Source: Takakia lepidozioides (Eukaryota; Plantae; Bryophyta). From it: a stretch of 64,000 nucleotides of DNA. Position numbers and translations under genes: made by a program. The stretch spans positions 60,946,001-61,010,000 of the forward strand of contig CM060733.1 in the NCBI GenBank assembly GCA_030704615.1. Reading direction: 5' to 3'. Position 1 is the first letter of the stretch. Each line of letters starts with the position of its first letter. Below, piece after piece: positions 24,700-38,411 of this stretch. The notes below the pieces were generated by a model. It saw only the letters and a program-made list of their open reading frames with translations. It was not told the origin of the DNA and made no database searches.

Positions 24700-25090
24700 A
24701 TTGGTCATTGATGGTGGGCCGTTGCTGATACGAGAGTCTAAATATGATAGTCTCTGGGGACCTGATACTGTTCGCATGAGAATAGCAAAACGACTATTAT
24801 ACAATTCAACTACATGAACAACAATAGCATCAAACACCTTGTAGTAAATATGATTGTTGACATTGTTTGTGACAGCTCCAATCAGTTAGTTGGTGGTTAT
24901 TCAGTTGGAGATTATTTAGTTGGAGAACAGTTTACGAGTGTTTTACAGTAAATCGTCAGAAGTACCACAGCCCGTCACAGATGAACCTCGACTGGTCACC
25001 CGACACTATTTCCTTGAAAATTTCGCAAAAAACGTTACTCTCTCTATCAACGTACTCGCCACCGAGCCACTCTCCAGAAACATACGAGCC
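24700..25090 (-). pseudogene. Decayed Ulp1/SENP-like cysteine protease fragment (probably TE cargo)
   Basis: Reads SGEWLGGEYVD..VFCEIFKEIV..RFICDGLWYF and FDAIVVHVVELYNSRFAILMRT..RLSYLDS. These resemble the Ulp1 WLxDExI and xHWxL..YxDS motifs, but the catalytic His position reads Arg. By-eye similarity only. Confidence 0.35.
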
Positions 25091-26000
25091 GCATACTTAC
25101 TCCCCAATTGGATACTTTCAGCATCTTACTCCAGGGTCGGTTACTTGGACAGTATGTTTTGAAGAGCATATGAGTAATTCATCATCTTCGCGGTTCACTC
25201 AAAGTCTGCAAGGCCACCAATTCTTGGAGAAGTACAGCTGAACTTCGGGCGTACAAGACATTGTTGGTTGGCGTAATATTGGAGGATATTTTTTGTGGGG
25301 TCATCACCATATCCACAATACCCGAGACAGCATTTCAAGGACTTCTTCCATCTTCTGCTGACAAAAACCTTCGGAACAACGGAAGAATAAAGATTTGAAA
25401 ATGGTCCCTCCAACCTTGTCAAAATATCGTGATTTTGATAAATGGCTTTCCTCAAAATATTTTCACCATATGTACGTCGGCCGACATCGTCTTGTGTTAC
25501 CAGAGTTCAGCCCTCATTCTAGAAGTTAATACTCTCATTGACATGGTTTACGTTACTTGTATTAGTCCATGCCGCATGACGAGACTTACTCAAATTGACA
25601 TGGTTCTAAAATAAAACCTGGTTGTTTATGATCAATATCTCCCCATTGTCATTCATTTCATGCCATGGTATTGTGTCATTGTGCCATGTTTTGTTCACAT
25701 ATTTGATTGATTTGTCTTGTACGTTACATAGTAACGACCTTCACAAGCTCAGTCTAGGCAGGTTGCTCTCATGGGCTGTAATCTGGTTGTCAATGTAAGT
25801 TGGCCGCAGTTCACACAGAAATATGTGCTTATTGGGGGATTACTGGCGAAATCAGTTGTATGTGTGCATCAGTTGAAAGAATCATAACTACCAGTGCTGT
25901 TTTACACAAAGACTAACATCGACACCCAGGAAGCAAAATATTTTGGTTCAACCTCAAAACATTGCGTGCATCATCCCGGATATCATCCATTTTGTCTCGT

Positions 26001-26226
26001 TTATTTATTTATTTATTAATGTAAGGGAAACACCTGGGAACGACAGCTCACAAATCAGGGTCCTTAATAGTGAGAGGAGAAAAAAACCTCTTTCACAGTA
26101 ACCCCGCCATGTGGCGTTGGAATGGGACACCACCCAGGAACATACCACACCCGTCACTAGCAAGATTTGACCCCAGAATCATCTGGGTGGCACTCAGTGC
26201 ACTTCACCAACTGAGCTACTGACTGT
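26001..26226 (-). mobile_element. tRNA-derived SINE
   Basis: Minus strand has A box TAGCTCAGTTGG and a degenerate B box GGTCAAATC. Body is shared with 12740-12912. Ends in a (TAAA)n tail. Confidence 0.8.
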
Positions 26227-26659
26227 TGGTATCTCATTCAACTCTTACTAAACGTCGAGTGAACAGTAGAACTTGCTTTATGAGCCAAATAAAAACTGTT
26301 TTTTCTCCTGAAGTTTATACATAATGTTTATTTATTGCTCATATTATACATTAATAGACAAATAATTATTTATATCTTTATATTTATAATTAAAATGATC
26401 CATTTAAATTCATTTAAATGATTTAAAAAATACATATTCAGGTATTTCTCCTTATTCCTGGACCGAACTTTAGTCCAGATTTACTTAAAATTATGTTAAA
26501 TATCCTAAACCACAGCCATCGTGTCTCTATATCATGTAGTAGCAGGTCGCTGATCATAACCAACCCGAAAAAAAAAATCCAATGTTGTTTTATGTAACAC
26601 CAAAAAGATCCTTAAGCCTTCATTAAAACAGTATGTATAGGGCCTTCTGTGTAAGAGGA

Positions 26660-27190
26660 ACGAGTGTCTCTTCAAGAAACGCCCTTGTACAAGTTAGAGC
26701 ATGAACGCATCCAAACTGAGAGGCTCGAAAAAAACATCGGGGAAGACTGTCTACACTGGGCACAAAGCTGTACCCCTCGACCATCTTAATCTAGGTGCCG
26801 TGATATGCTTCTCGTTAGAGAATGTCAACAATTTTGAATGCAAATGTCGAACCCGTATCTCGCGTTTCTACAGAATCGTCTGTAACTTTTTCTTTACAAG
26901 TAACGCTTACCAAGCCGGCAAACAAGGACTAGTGAGTGAACTTTTTCCCACTCTCAATGAAAGACTTCTCAGTCAGATCGTCGCTGTCATACTCCTCCTC
27001 CTCAATAATAGCCCCATCCTCTTTTGTAGCGCTTCTCCTCCCTAAGCGACATGCTGACGTTTTAGAAGCTCGATTTGATCAGGAGGGCGAATATAGATGT
27101 TATTGACCTCCGTATGACGACTTGCACGGCGTACCTCTTTGACAAGTGCAAACCCAGGTCTGCTCAAATGTATCAGTTCCCATTTTTCTT
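26660..27190 (-). pseudogene. Decayed ORF of unknown family
   Basis: One frame reads ELIHLSRPGFALVKEVRR..IIEEEEYDSDDLTEKSF..FAFKIVDIL*REAYHGT*IKMVEGYSFVP..AFLEETL, with only 3 stops in about 175 codons. Confidence 0.35.
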
Positions 27191-27834
27191 AATCACAAGC
27201 ACCCTGAGAACGTGTGTAAAATTCATATCATCAGGAAACGCAAATAAATATTCTGGCGATCTGGAATGAGCACCTCCATAGTCTGAAATGGCTTCTTCGG
27301 GAAATTGATACAGGGTACGGAACGGTGGACGCGTGTAGGATGGCTTATACTCAACAATATGACAGCGATATAGGTAGATCGATCGTAGTGAAGAACGAGA
27401 GCAGCATGCCTTCAGACATTGATCACGTCAGTGCTCGACGACACTGCGTCTTTGGTGTGCCAATCACCGGACACAGGCACAGGTTTCACCGGAGAATGAT
27501 CGTTTAACAATCCGGGAACAATATGCCAACCATGTAAAGATTGTGAACCTCGATTTGAAAAGAGCTGGCCATGACACGAAGAATAAACCCAATACAAAGA
27601 GTTACAGTAGATGGTCACAAGCGCTAGAATCTTGGTGAAATTCAAGACAAGCATGATAACATGGGATCCCTTTATAGGTAGAAAATGTGAAGTATCAATA
27701 CATGAAGCGAGGCGATTTGTTTGTTTGTTTTGTAGCGTTGAGATGTCCCAAACCGCGGGGCCCTAGCCCTGGTGCTTGGTACCGTTGAAAAGCCCTTGAT
27801 GAAAGGGGTGCACCGGCTTGGTCTCATGATTTTT

Positions 27835-29215
27835 CAGGGAACCTACGCCATGAGCCTGCTCACGTAAGCCTATGTGCCCAGGCTCACGTTTGACCTAAGG
27901 TAGAAACACCTCAAATAGAGCACATCCCAAAACGGACCCCTATAACACATAAAACTAACCATATGCGATCTCTAAAAGGTGCTTGGATCACAAGTGGTCC
28001 AGATTAGGTCATGTGGTGGACTAAAATGGAACTGCAATGAACCCTTTTAACTCATACATGATCATGATGACACCACTTAATGGACAAATTAATAACCACC
28101 AGCACGCACTTTGAGAGAAGTATCAAGTCATGAATGAGTCGAGACAGGAAGAATGAATCCAAACATGCAGGAGAGGGGATCACATTCCGTGATCAATGAT
28201 CCCGATTGAGTTTCATCTAGATCAACGATCCAGAATTGAGTTTCATCTAGATGGACCTTGAGCTCAACTTTCTTTAAGGTGGGAGGTTACTTTAAGATTA
28301 GTAAATGGTTATGTTAGTTGAATGATATGGTCCATGTTACTATGTTGTTTAATCAGTAAAGTGAAAGAGGACGCATACTTTTTGGGCACCTTTGGCTCCA
28401 GACATAGTGCACTTGCTCTTCAAAAGAGTACCCCCTACTGGTCCATTCAAGGATTATTCTACGATTTCACATTGAATATTCACCAATATTACAAAATAGT
28501 TTGGATTTTATTTATTTATTTATTTCTTTGTGCCCACATTAGAAAAATATATACGACGATACTGCACACCCAAAACTGCACATATTTCTTAAATGATCCA
28601 TTTTAGTGGTCATGAGCGCAAAGTTGTGCAGTATTAGAACTGGGACCTATATCCGAGGATAAATGCAGACCTATTCCCACGAAAATACCAACTGTGCCAC
28701 TTGGAAAATTGGTATCGTAATGGTGCATTCATTATGTGCATGTAATCAGGTGTGAGGACTTATATGGGTGTCAACGACCACATAATTCCTAGACCTCACA
28801 AAACAATATGTTGGAGTATGTTTTTGCAGTATATATATATATATTTTTTCAAAATAATTTTGAATTTTTTACCTTTTATTGTGTCACTAGAGGACTTGCG
28901 GGAGGTCCATGAATTATGTGGGCGTCAACTTAACACCCACATAAGTCATCACATTTTTTTTCTTGAAAATTTTGGTTTTGGTTTTGATTTCGGTTTCGGT
29001 TTTTTTTTTTTTTTTTTTTTTTTCACTGGTCATTGGAGGGCTTGCGGGAGGTCCATGAATTATGTGGGCGTCAATGCTCTGGCCGATGCGCTCATTCAAT
29101 CGTGGGATAAGTATTGGCACGAAAATGCACGAAAATAGGCGATATATCCACGGTTATGGGGCCACTTCCTAGGCTCACGTGAGCTCATGAGTAGGCTCAC
29201 GAATTAGCATTCCTC
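27835..29215. mobile_element. Non-autonomous TIR DNA element, family A, copy 2 (9-bp TSD)
   Basis: Perfect ATGATTTTT duplication at 27826-27834 and 29216-29224. Ends CAGGGAACCTACGCCATGAGCC and GGCTCACGAATTAGCATTCCTC are homologous to the ends of 46-2114, inverted. Confidence 0.8.
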
Positions 29216-29389
29216 ATGATTTTTGGACTTGCGGTGTGGGAGATGTGGAATTTCAAGTACTTTTGGTAGCTGAAAATTCGTGAAAAATAGCAAAGTGGGC
29301 TTTCCTGGACAATGATTGGAGCCTCGACAAGAGATATATCAATAATGACTGGATATATTACTACTCAATAAATTCATGGAAAACTATAA

Positions 29390-29670
29390 ATCGGGCCTTG
29401 ACATGGGAGACGTACTTGGATACATAGGAGATTGGATACATAGGAGATTGCACTTGGGCTTAGATGGGCCTCGACATAAGAGACGCACTAGGATATATAG
29501 GAAATTCCACTTGGTCTTAGTTCTCAATTCTTCACACGTGGCCCAACGGTACAAGCTACCCTAGAGGTCGCACTTGGGCCTCGACATAGGAGGCGCACTT
29601 AGATACATAAGAGATTGCACTTGGGCTTAGATAACAATGGCATTTGGGCCAACGGCACATGCTACCCTAG
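29390..29670. repeat. Degenerate tandem repeat cluster
   Basis: Recurring GCACTTGGGC(C/T)T, CTCGACATA(A/G)GAG and GGATACATAGGAGATT units. Confidence 0.7.
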
Positions 29671-30784
29671 TTTGAATAACATCACACATTTTAATGTCAA
29701 GTAAAAAATATTTTTGGCTTAGTAAAAGAGTGCACTTTGTATGTTCCATCAATATTCTATTAGTGTTTAGTTATACAAATGTGGATGCCATCGTATAAGA
29801 GTAGAATCTGAATTCTAAACATGTGCGTAAGCTTGCTTCGGTGAAGGACTTGTCACTTTGATAGATTATTCCAAAATATTTGAAGAATAATGCTATAATA
29901 TGACATTAAGACGTGCAGTCATGAGACGACTTCCGACGTGACGCCAACGAGTTTAGTCCCTAGATAATCATTTTGTGCAACATTGCTAAAGATGGTGATG
30001 AAGCATGGTTGTTTTGGGTCATTTTTTTTCATCTTCAAACTCTTTTAGACAAGTTTTCAATATTTAGAACTATGTTGAATTTTATCTTCATGTAAATCAA
30101 ATAACATATGGGAATAAGAAAAAATTTATAATTTGTAAACTTGACAAAACTTCATTACTAATGTTCCTGCAATAGCTTTGATCTTCTCATCCAGCGCTTT
30201 TGTGAGTTTCAGATCATGAATCCTCAACACATCATACAAAGGGCTCGTTCTTGCTTTAAATTCGAGCAAAAAACTACTAATGCTTCAGCAACAACTTTGA
30301 TCTCCTCATCCGTTTTTGCTAGTTTCAGATCGTGAATCCTCAACATATCATACAAAAGGCTTGTTCTGGCCTTTAAATCGGAACAAAAATGCTTACCGAA
30401 TGAGTCATTAAAGCAGAATGCTTCCCTATTACAACGTCCACTTGAGGAGCTCCCAAAGACACCTTTGGAAATTGAAGGTGACAACATTCCAGAGTTTGGG
30501 ATGGTTTGATGGAAGCGGTTTGAAAGAGAAGTAATTGGGTTCAATGATGAGAAGGGGAACGCCAAAAAATGCATGAAGTTGAAACTTGTAGAAAGCCCTG
30601 CGCCCCCATGTTGTATATTAATTGAAAGTCAAGTTGAAAGAGCTTGTGAAGTATAATTTTACTACACAATGGGAAGACAAACAGTTTAGAAAGTGCTTGA
30701 GGACTTTCCTTGCAGATATAGTGGTGTACTTTCATGCAATGGGAAGTGGTACTACAGGAGGGGGATATGAATATCATGAAGATA

Positions 30785-31535
30785 GGGCAGTTGCAGGATT
30801 GGGTGGATTAAAAGCGGCCAATGTTGAGTCCACTGGAAGTCCATGGATTTTTTTTTTTTTGAGTCTATTGCTTTAAGTTTATTTTTTTAAAGATAGATAG
30901 TAGTATACATAACATTTTTAGTAAAGAGTCCCTCCTCAAATATTGAAAATATTCTTTACTAGATATTTTAATCTTTAATTTGAAAAAACATTTAGACGTC
31001 TAAATCTAGAGTTTACAACCACTTGTCCATATACCACCTAGTACCTCTAGATTATAGGTTTGTATGCATTTTTAGTAAAAGACGACACCTCAAAAACCCA
31101 AAACATAAGATGCTATGGACTAGAGCAAATCAACCTGTTTTTATGTACAAAATAGTCCGTAGTTCTCAATTCCTAAGATAACTAGTCCATATAAAAGTGG
31201 ATTTGGGTTGGATTTAAAAATGGCACCCCTAGTGTGTTTTCCTTTGTGCCAGTGTATGAGTGTACATGATGTTTTTTCAGTCCATAAGATTTTATGTGTA
31301 ACATCTGCACTCCACAGTAATCAACTTTAAAAGTCCATGGCTCTCTGGTACATGATTGTTTTTGCAATCTAACAATTGGTACACATACCTATTGTAGTTA
31401 AAAACCCTAGTATACCATATAAATTTAGATAAAATATTGAGTTGTTGGACAAATATAGGTAAAACCATGGAGGGAGGTCACTGTAGAAACTGCCGTGTTA
31501 CACAAAAACTGAGACACCCAATCCTGCAAATACCC
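30785..31535. mobile_element. MITE family B, copy 2 (inverted relative to copy 1)
   Basis: TIR GGGCAGTTGCAGGATTGGGTG versus reverse complement GGGTATTTGCAGGATTGGGTG (19/21). Interior homologous to 3351-4106. Flanks GATA and GGTG differ by two transitions. Confidence 0.7.
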
Positions 31536-31799
31536 GGTGACCCATTTGTGCCTCTCCAATGATTAAAAAAAGAGCAATATGCTTTCACGTATGAATATGT
31601 TGGTGGTTGTGCTTTTATTTGCATGACCGGGATTTTTGAATCTGTTGTAGGTTAATTAATTGGGCATGGGCCTGGATTAGTCAATTTAATGGACGATGAA
31701 GTTACCCAAGGAGAAGAAAAAACAATGGTTTTTAATTTTGTTCCATAGCATTGCTTCTTGTATTAATTTGTAGGTTGGGCTATGTATGGTGCAGGCTAC

Positions 31800-32260
31800 A
31801 TCCGGATATTGTCTCGGATTACGATCCAAAGTTTACTAATAAGTTTTGGAGACTGCTTTGGAAGAAGATGGGGACAAGGGTTAAGAGAAGCACGACCTTC
31901 CGACCTACGACGGACGGCCAAACGGAGAAAGTAATTTCCGTGTTGAAGCAGGTCTTGCAGAATTATGTTTTGTCGACGGAGCAAACAGACTGGGTAGATC
32001 ACTTGGATATGACAGAGTTCTGTTATAATAACGCAAAACACTTCGCAATGGGGGGCTTCGCCTTTCCAAGTGGTCTAACTTATGAGAAAACATCTTTGGT
32101 GCCTACGACTTGGGCCGCCCAAGCGACAAATGATGAGGCCGAAGGGGAGAGTGCAAAGGTTCCAACGGCAATGGCGGTGTTGGAGGAACACAAGTGTTTG
32201 TTAGAGCTTGCAAAGTCTAACATCGCAAAAGCAAGAAAGTTCTATGAATTGCAAAGGTAG
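31800..32260 (+). mobile_element. Ty3/gypsy integrase core remnant
   Basis: IVSDYDPKFTNKFWRLLWKKMGT..STTFRPTTDGQTEKV..LKQVLQNYV..QTDWVDHLDMTEFCYNN matches the gypsy rve consensus (IVSDRD..HPQTDGQTER..EFAYNN). Confidence 0.88.
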
Positions 32261-32499
32261 GGATGGTAGATTAGAAGGTTGCGTGGAAAACCACTTTTTG
32301 GTTACATGAGCCTTGGGTTCACAATTCAGTATAACATGATCTCAGAATGATGAGCTACAGCTCAAATTGACAATTAAAGAGCTAAAACCTCATTCCGTCG
32401 CATATAGGCTTGGAGTACCTAGGTGGAATCGCAACATCTAAAATGTTGAGAAGATCAAAATTGTAGTGATTGAACCGAATTATCGCAAAGATTCCGAAC

Positions 32500-33040
32500 T
32501 GCCTCAGCACAACAAATTTAGCAAGAAAACTTCTATGTCTTCAATAAAATTCTCACCACAAAGTTTTAGGCCTATTGGTGTTTTTTTTTTTGCTAATTGA
32601 ATGATCTAGAGAAAACAAAAGACAATGGAAAGAAAATTGAATGTTTCATTGGCTTTTTATGTACCTTGTCAATGACCTATAACCCACGCATGATAATGAC
32701 ATACTGAGTCCTCATTGTAGAAAATTAACTATGATGGTTTGGTTAGAGTATATTAATGTATGATCAGTTCATGTTCATAGATGCTTAGTGGCAAATTAGT
32801 ATAATAAGTTCAAGTATTCAAATCCATTATTTGAAACTAACATGGAAGTTGTGTAGTGGAAAACTATTAAATTTGAATCACACTAATGATTAAAACTATT
32901 CTTGTGATAAATGTTCTGTAGTTGTTTTTGTAGTTCGTATTACAACTATTGAAAATGTGACAATCAACATATATCTAATTGAACCTTTGAATATGTAGGT
33001 ATATAGTTGCAAATATAGTTGAGATGTCATATATTGTCAA
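32500..33040. repeat. AT-rich dispersed repeat (copy 2)
   Basis: Reverse-complement similarity to 21540-22090. Confidence 0.65.
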
Positions 33041-33060
33041 TTAACTCGGAAAAGCTTGTT

Positions 33061-33240
33061 AGGTAATTTCTAATCAAAATGCATTTGCAGACACACAGAA
33101 ACATGTTTCATCTTCAAATTGCTTCGTCCAAATCACAAATGACCAACTTATAAGGTAATTTTTAATCGAAATGAACCTATAGACACACATAAACATGTTC
33201 AATCTTCAAATTGTTTGTTCAAATCACAAAGGGACCAACT
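33061..33240. repeat. Tandem duplication, 2 x ~92 bp
   Basis: Unit AGGTAATTT..AGACACACA.AAACATGTT..TCTTCAAATTG..AAATCACAAA..GACCAACT starts at 33061 and 33153. Confidence 0.8.
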
Positions 33241-35419
33241 GTCACCAAATGACCACTCATTGCCACACAAAGGATAAAGATGAAACATAAGTGCAGCACA
33301 ACATGACCGACACATAAATATATGTGCATATAGAAAAATATCAGTGACAACTATGAAGAGATTGAGAGTGGGAGGGTGAATTGAACACTTTATTCTTTTC
33401 TTTATTGGCTACTCCTGTTCAAATTCCAAATTAGATTAGAATCTCTCCTCGTTGGGTTCATTTTGGTCGGAAATTTGGGAGTGAAATTGTATTTGGTTAT
33501 TGAAAGGCGCGGCCCTTTGCGAAGGTCGTGCAGAAGTCAGTGAGGAAGGCAACCAAGGTGCTTGCCCTTCACCCTGGGTTATTTTTTTCTGGTGCACAAG
33601 GATAAATTGTTGATGCCGTCGCCACCCATTTGTGTGGAGTCTTCGTAGTAGTTTATGGAGTTGCTCTGAATGCCTCTACAGAGTTTCGGTCTATATAGGG
33701 CCCTGACCTTCTTCAACTTGCTCGATAAGCAATTGATCAGTCTCACTCAAGGTTTGAATTTGGTCTTGTTTTTCTTATTTGCTAGCAAGTTGAACGCCGC
33801 GAAAGGTGAAGGGGTATGATATAAGAACAAACCCAAGCTTCTATTTTTCATAACTATTACCGTGCTTCATGCGGTAATTGATGGGAAATCACCGACGTGT
33901 AGTTTGGGGCTATACGTGCAAGCCGACGTGCAATTTGTGCTATACTTTATTTTTCTAACAAGGTTGTGCAATTTCGAAAGCGATCTAGAGACTTCTAGAG
34001 TTGGTGTCGTATTTATCGGAGATTTTTAATTTTGCAGCCAAATCATCCAAATTGATTGAAGTCACTTTTCAACAGGATAGGGTTTCTAGTTAATCGATCC
34101 TCATGCTGTAAAGACCATAGGTGTAGACTGGTTGCTTTGGACACTGATGCTTTGCATAGTGACATATTGGAATTACTTGCTTGCGGGTGGACCTTTAGTG
34201 GCAGTGCAGAAGTCACCTGTATTTTATGCGGACTATGGGTGGGGCAAAGATACAGCTTCAGGAAGTACAAGAGGGAGGCTAACCTATCCAATAAAGCAGC
34301 TATGAGTCTTCTAAGCTTGGAAAACTTGGAAACCCTAAATACCTTTGGCAACTCATTCTCTCTTAAAATGGAAGATGGGTCAAGAAATACATGGTGAAGT
34401 AAAGATGAAGTGATATCTGCTGTAAGCTCACTCAGGCTGTCGCGCACCTCACTTCGGTAAGCTCCCCTTCAAGTCATAGTTACTCGCTTGATGCGTGCGC
34501 CTAACTCCCAAACTGGCCGCCAGCCAACTTGGAGCTTCGGCTGCTCACCGGGGCATAACGGTCCCCCTTTACTCCTCCACTAGACCCTCTCCCAATTTGG
34601 GCCTAGTGGAAATTTCCTTTAGTCAATGGCAGTCTGGAGTAGCTCCCCACACCTTGGTCGCTTTCCGGCTCGCACGCTTACTCACTAGTTTTTGGACACC
34701 AACGGGCTTGCACCGTTCTCGGGGTTACTACTCCCCTATATATACTTCTGTGACTGTCCGCGGGGGTTTCACAAACAACACCACCATTTTATGGCGAACC
34801 ACCACGAAAACCCTCGATTCCCGGTGATGAGTCGCGGTGAGTCTTGGCCCACCCACCACGGTCCCTTGGACCGTGATGAGTCCCAAGACTCCCCACGACT
34901 CCCACCACAAGGTCCTTGCCCCCATGGTGAGTCCTATGCCACCCCCACTAAGTCTCACTAAGCTACCACCACCCCTTGTGGAGCCACCCCCACCGCAACC
35001 CGGTGTGCGGGGCTACCTAGTGAGTCCCTCCGCCTCCTCGAGTGCTTCAGCCCCCCGTACCTATTGCTGCCACCACCCCCACCACAGGGGCAGCCCCTCT
35101 GCGACCCGACCCCCTGCCCTCAAGGCAAAGGGCCGCGACACAGACTGCTGCCAGTAAGTCTTCGCGCACAGCCTCAAATGAGAGGAATAAGTGACACCCT
35201 AATGGGTGAATGTAGCTAAGGAACCTACACTAGACCTGCTTATTCACCAGAAAAGCATGTTAAGTAAGCATACCCTAAGCAACAAGTAAGCATACATGGA
35301 GATGGAGCATGTGTGGATGGCCGAAAGGTATACATCCATCCTGGAGTGAGCAGATCGGTGTCAGTAAGCACGACTTAGGTGAAGGCATCTGCAAGCTCCC
35401 TTGGCAAGTTGACTCCTCA

Positions 35420-36300
35420 AAGTGAAAATCCGTGCACCACTATTGACATGCATTTTCCTAGTAGTAAAAATGCACCATTCAAGAATCGAAAGGTTCCACT
35501 CTTGCTGATATCCTGTGAAATGTAGATTCTACAACCCCCCGGGTCCACATGTCCACTCTTTGACATGCCTTCCGTCATGCATCCATTAATACAATCTGCT
35601 GTCTCCAACCGTCTATTAATTTTCAATTTTGCTGGCATCTTGACACATAATCTGAGACACTATTTGGAGTCAATCTGCAAATTTAGGAAGTGCTTCATGT
35701 TGTTGCGCCACTGTAGCCATTCGTGCCGTTTCATATTTCCTGTGACAAAGATACCGGGTAACAAAGTGAAACAATATTAAATGCAAGAGAAAAACATATA
35801 ATTTTGTAGTTCTTCTCCCACCATGTCTGAGAGGCTGGGCTGGTTGTGAATAATGTAATCGTGCACAACCTCCCGCAGATCAACACTCAATTTTCTGTCC
35901 ACACCAGCTCCTTCCAGTACTTGCCCGGCCACTGTTTCTTCCTCCTCCGCCTCCTAACCTCTGCTGCGGGTTGCCTCAAAGCCCGCCATGTACCAAGTAC
36001 AGAACCCCAACGCCTCATCAAACATGTACCCCTCTGCCATGCTGCCCTCTGACTTTGCCATATTGCGGACATATCCCTTGAAGAATTTCAATATAGCTCT
36101 CTCCATTGGGTACATCCATCGAGTACCAACAGGTCCACACGGATCTAACTCATCCACTAAGTGGATAAACAGATTGATCATAACATCAAAGAAATTGGGT
36201 GGAAACTCGTTTTTCAAGGAGGCAAATGGTGATTGCAACTTCCTGCTTCAATTCCTCGTGCTCTGCTGGATCAACAACCTTCTTAATCAACTTTTTCATG
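35420..36300 (-). mobile_element. CACTA/EnSpm transposase remnant (DUF4218 region)
   Basis: EFPPNFFDVMINLFIHLVDEL..CGPVGTRWMYPMER..KGYVRNMAKSEGSMAEGYMFDEALGFCTWYM is the hallmark CACTA TnpD C-terminal block. Downstream pieces are frameshifted and no CACTA termini were found. Confidence 0.88.
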
Positions 36301-38060
36301 AACTAATATCTACATGTGAATATCATACTAACCTTACCATGCTGAACATATCTTAGTGAGATGAAATATGCTTTGCACAATTGAACGACGTGTATATTTT
36401 GCTTGACAAACCAATAATTACTTGAGCAATGATACTGTAAATCCAATACTTCACATGTACAATTAACATTGAAAAAAGATGCAAATTTATGGCAACTTTC
36501 CAAATTGGAACATGGGTTGAGATATGAAGTTCTATCAGATTACAAAATAGATGCATAAGATTAACGATTTGCCAACTATGTTGCCATGTCAATGAGCTCA
36601 AAGATACAATGGAACCATCTCAATATTTAACATTTGTTTGCAAACTACTAACAATTGCAACCAAGAACTTTATGAAAATTTGAACACACATTGGTTTGGG
36701 TGCCGACCTTCTTTACAACTTAAGAAAAGTTGCGAGCAATCGTCCTCAATCTTAAACATCACTTGCATGAACTCATCCTTTCAAATTCCCTCCAATTTAC
36801 TCTACCTATTTTCTTAATATGCTCCAACTTGACTATCACTTTTTGAAAAAATCATGGTGGCATATGGATTAGCTCTCGTTGTGACCATTCCACTCTTCTG
36901 CTGATTGTACTGCCACCATTGATTGCGCCGCTAGGCAAAGATGAGCATAAGTTCCATTTCACTAACTAATTTTCGGATACTACTCGAAAATTGATTGCGA
37001 AGATTGATTGCGAAGCCAATAACAGGGAATGCCAATAACAATGGTGATAATTACATGAATATTAGAAGTTTTCTCCTTGCAAATAATGTTATGTGACTTA
37101 TTGAATGAATCTTCTTCATGGTTATTACTACTATTGAGGTTTGAATTTTTTCAAAAATGGGAGATACACTATTTAGAATGATATCCAAGTTTCCAACTAT
37201 GGAACCATTTGGGTTCGTCCCTCGCCGCAAGGTGTGTATGCTTTATGGCCCTTTGGGCTTTTCTTTTTTCCCCATCAATAAAAATATTGGGGTTCGCTCC
37301 CTTTATTTAGAAAAAAAAAACCCAAGATCATAATAACGTTATCGTACATGCAAATTACTTCTACTCTGAAAAAATGAGGGGTCACATTCGGTGTAAGTCA
37401 TGATTTTCAGTTTTCGTAGTTTTCCAGTTTGTGCAACTTTGTCCCTTGGAAATATTGTGCTTTCAGAGGGGCCTTCTTTAAAAATAAATAAGTGAATAAA
37501 TAAATAAAACATAGCTTTTGACTAATGAAGGTCATTGAAATTGTCTGGACGTTGTGTTGGAGACTGTCAAGCTCATATGGCACCATGTTACCAGACAAAT
37601 ATGTCATGACAGTCTACTAATCAACTGACTAATCTGCACTTATGTGGTCTTGTTGTTCCACACATACATTGGTGTTACCAGAGCAGCAGAGTCTACTAAT
37701 GAGCTGTCTAATCTTGGGCTGATTATGTTTGTGTGGGACTCTTGTTGGCTTTAGCTACCCCATCTGATCAGTGATAAGTGTGTCCACAGTGTTTTGAATC
37801 AGCTTGCTGTCAGAGGATCTTTCTCTTGTGGGCAATTGGGAGGAAACTTGCAAGTGAAGCGATCCGGATGATGAAGAGACCGCAATGATTCAACAAACAG
37901 CAAGACAGGACCGCAGTGAGCATGAGTTTCTAGGAGAGATGCACCCCACATGGCCATTTTTAGTTTTGAAGAACGAAAACAAAGGATTGGAGCACTGAAC
38001 AACGTCGATTCTGATTGGAAGTCACTATAGACTACCGACGGATGGGAAAAACTTGGAGAA

Positions 38061-38299
38061 GCTCTTGCTCCTTTACTCTTAGAAAGGATTTCCTCAAGTG
38101 AGCAAAAATGAAAAGATGTCTACAGGTCTTGACTGCATTCACCAACTCAAATGCGAATCCGGGATCAGCTCTCTTGCTCCTTTACTCTTATAAAGGATTT
38201 CCTCAAGTGAGCAAAAATGAAAAGAGGTCTACCTTTAGAGCAGTGATCAGGTGAAATGTATGACTGCATTCACCAATTCAAATGCGAATCCGGGATCAG
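38061..38299. repeat. Tandem duplication (~110 and ~130 bp)
   Basis: CTCTTGCTCCTTTACTCTTA.AAAGGATTTCCTCAAGTGAGCAAAAATGAAAAGA..TGACTGCATTCACCAA.TCAAATGCGAATCCGGGATCAG occurs twice. Confidence 0.85.
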
Positions 38300-38411
38300 T
38301 TGAATGAGTCTGTTGACAGGGGGCACAGAATGGTATTTCCTGGGCAGGCGAAGAGCCACAGCATTAAAGAGAGCATTGAAGAGGCATTGAATAGAGAGCA
38401 GGCAGCAGCTA

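Noticed and set aside
34043-35160. Penelope-like or LINE 5' region with a hammerhead ribozyme
   Set aside because: Repeats read GTGATGAGTC rather than the CTGANGA..GAAA core, and the 134-aa minus ORF has no motif I can assign. Left unclassified.
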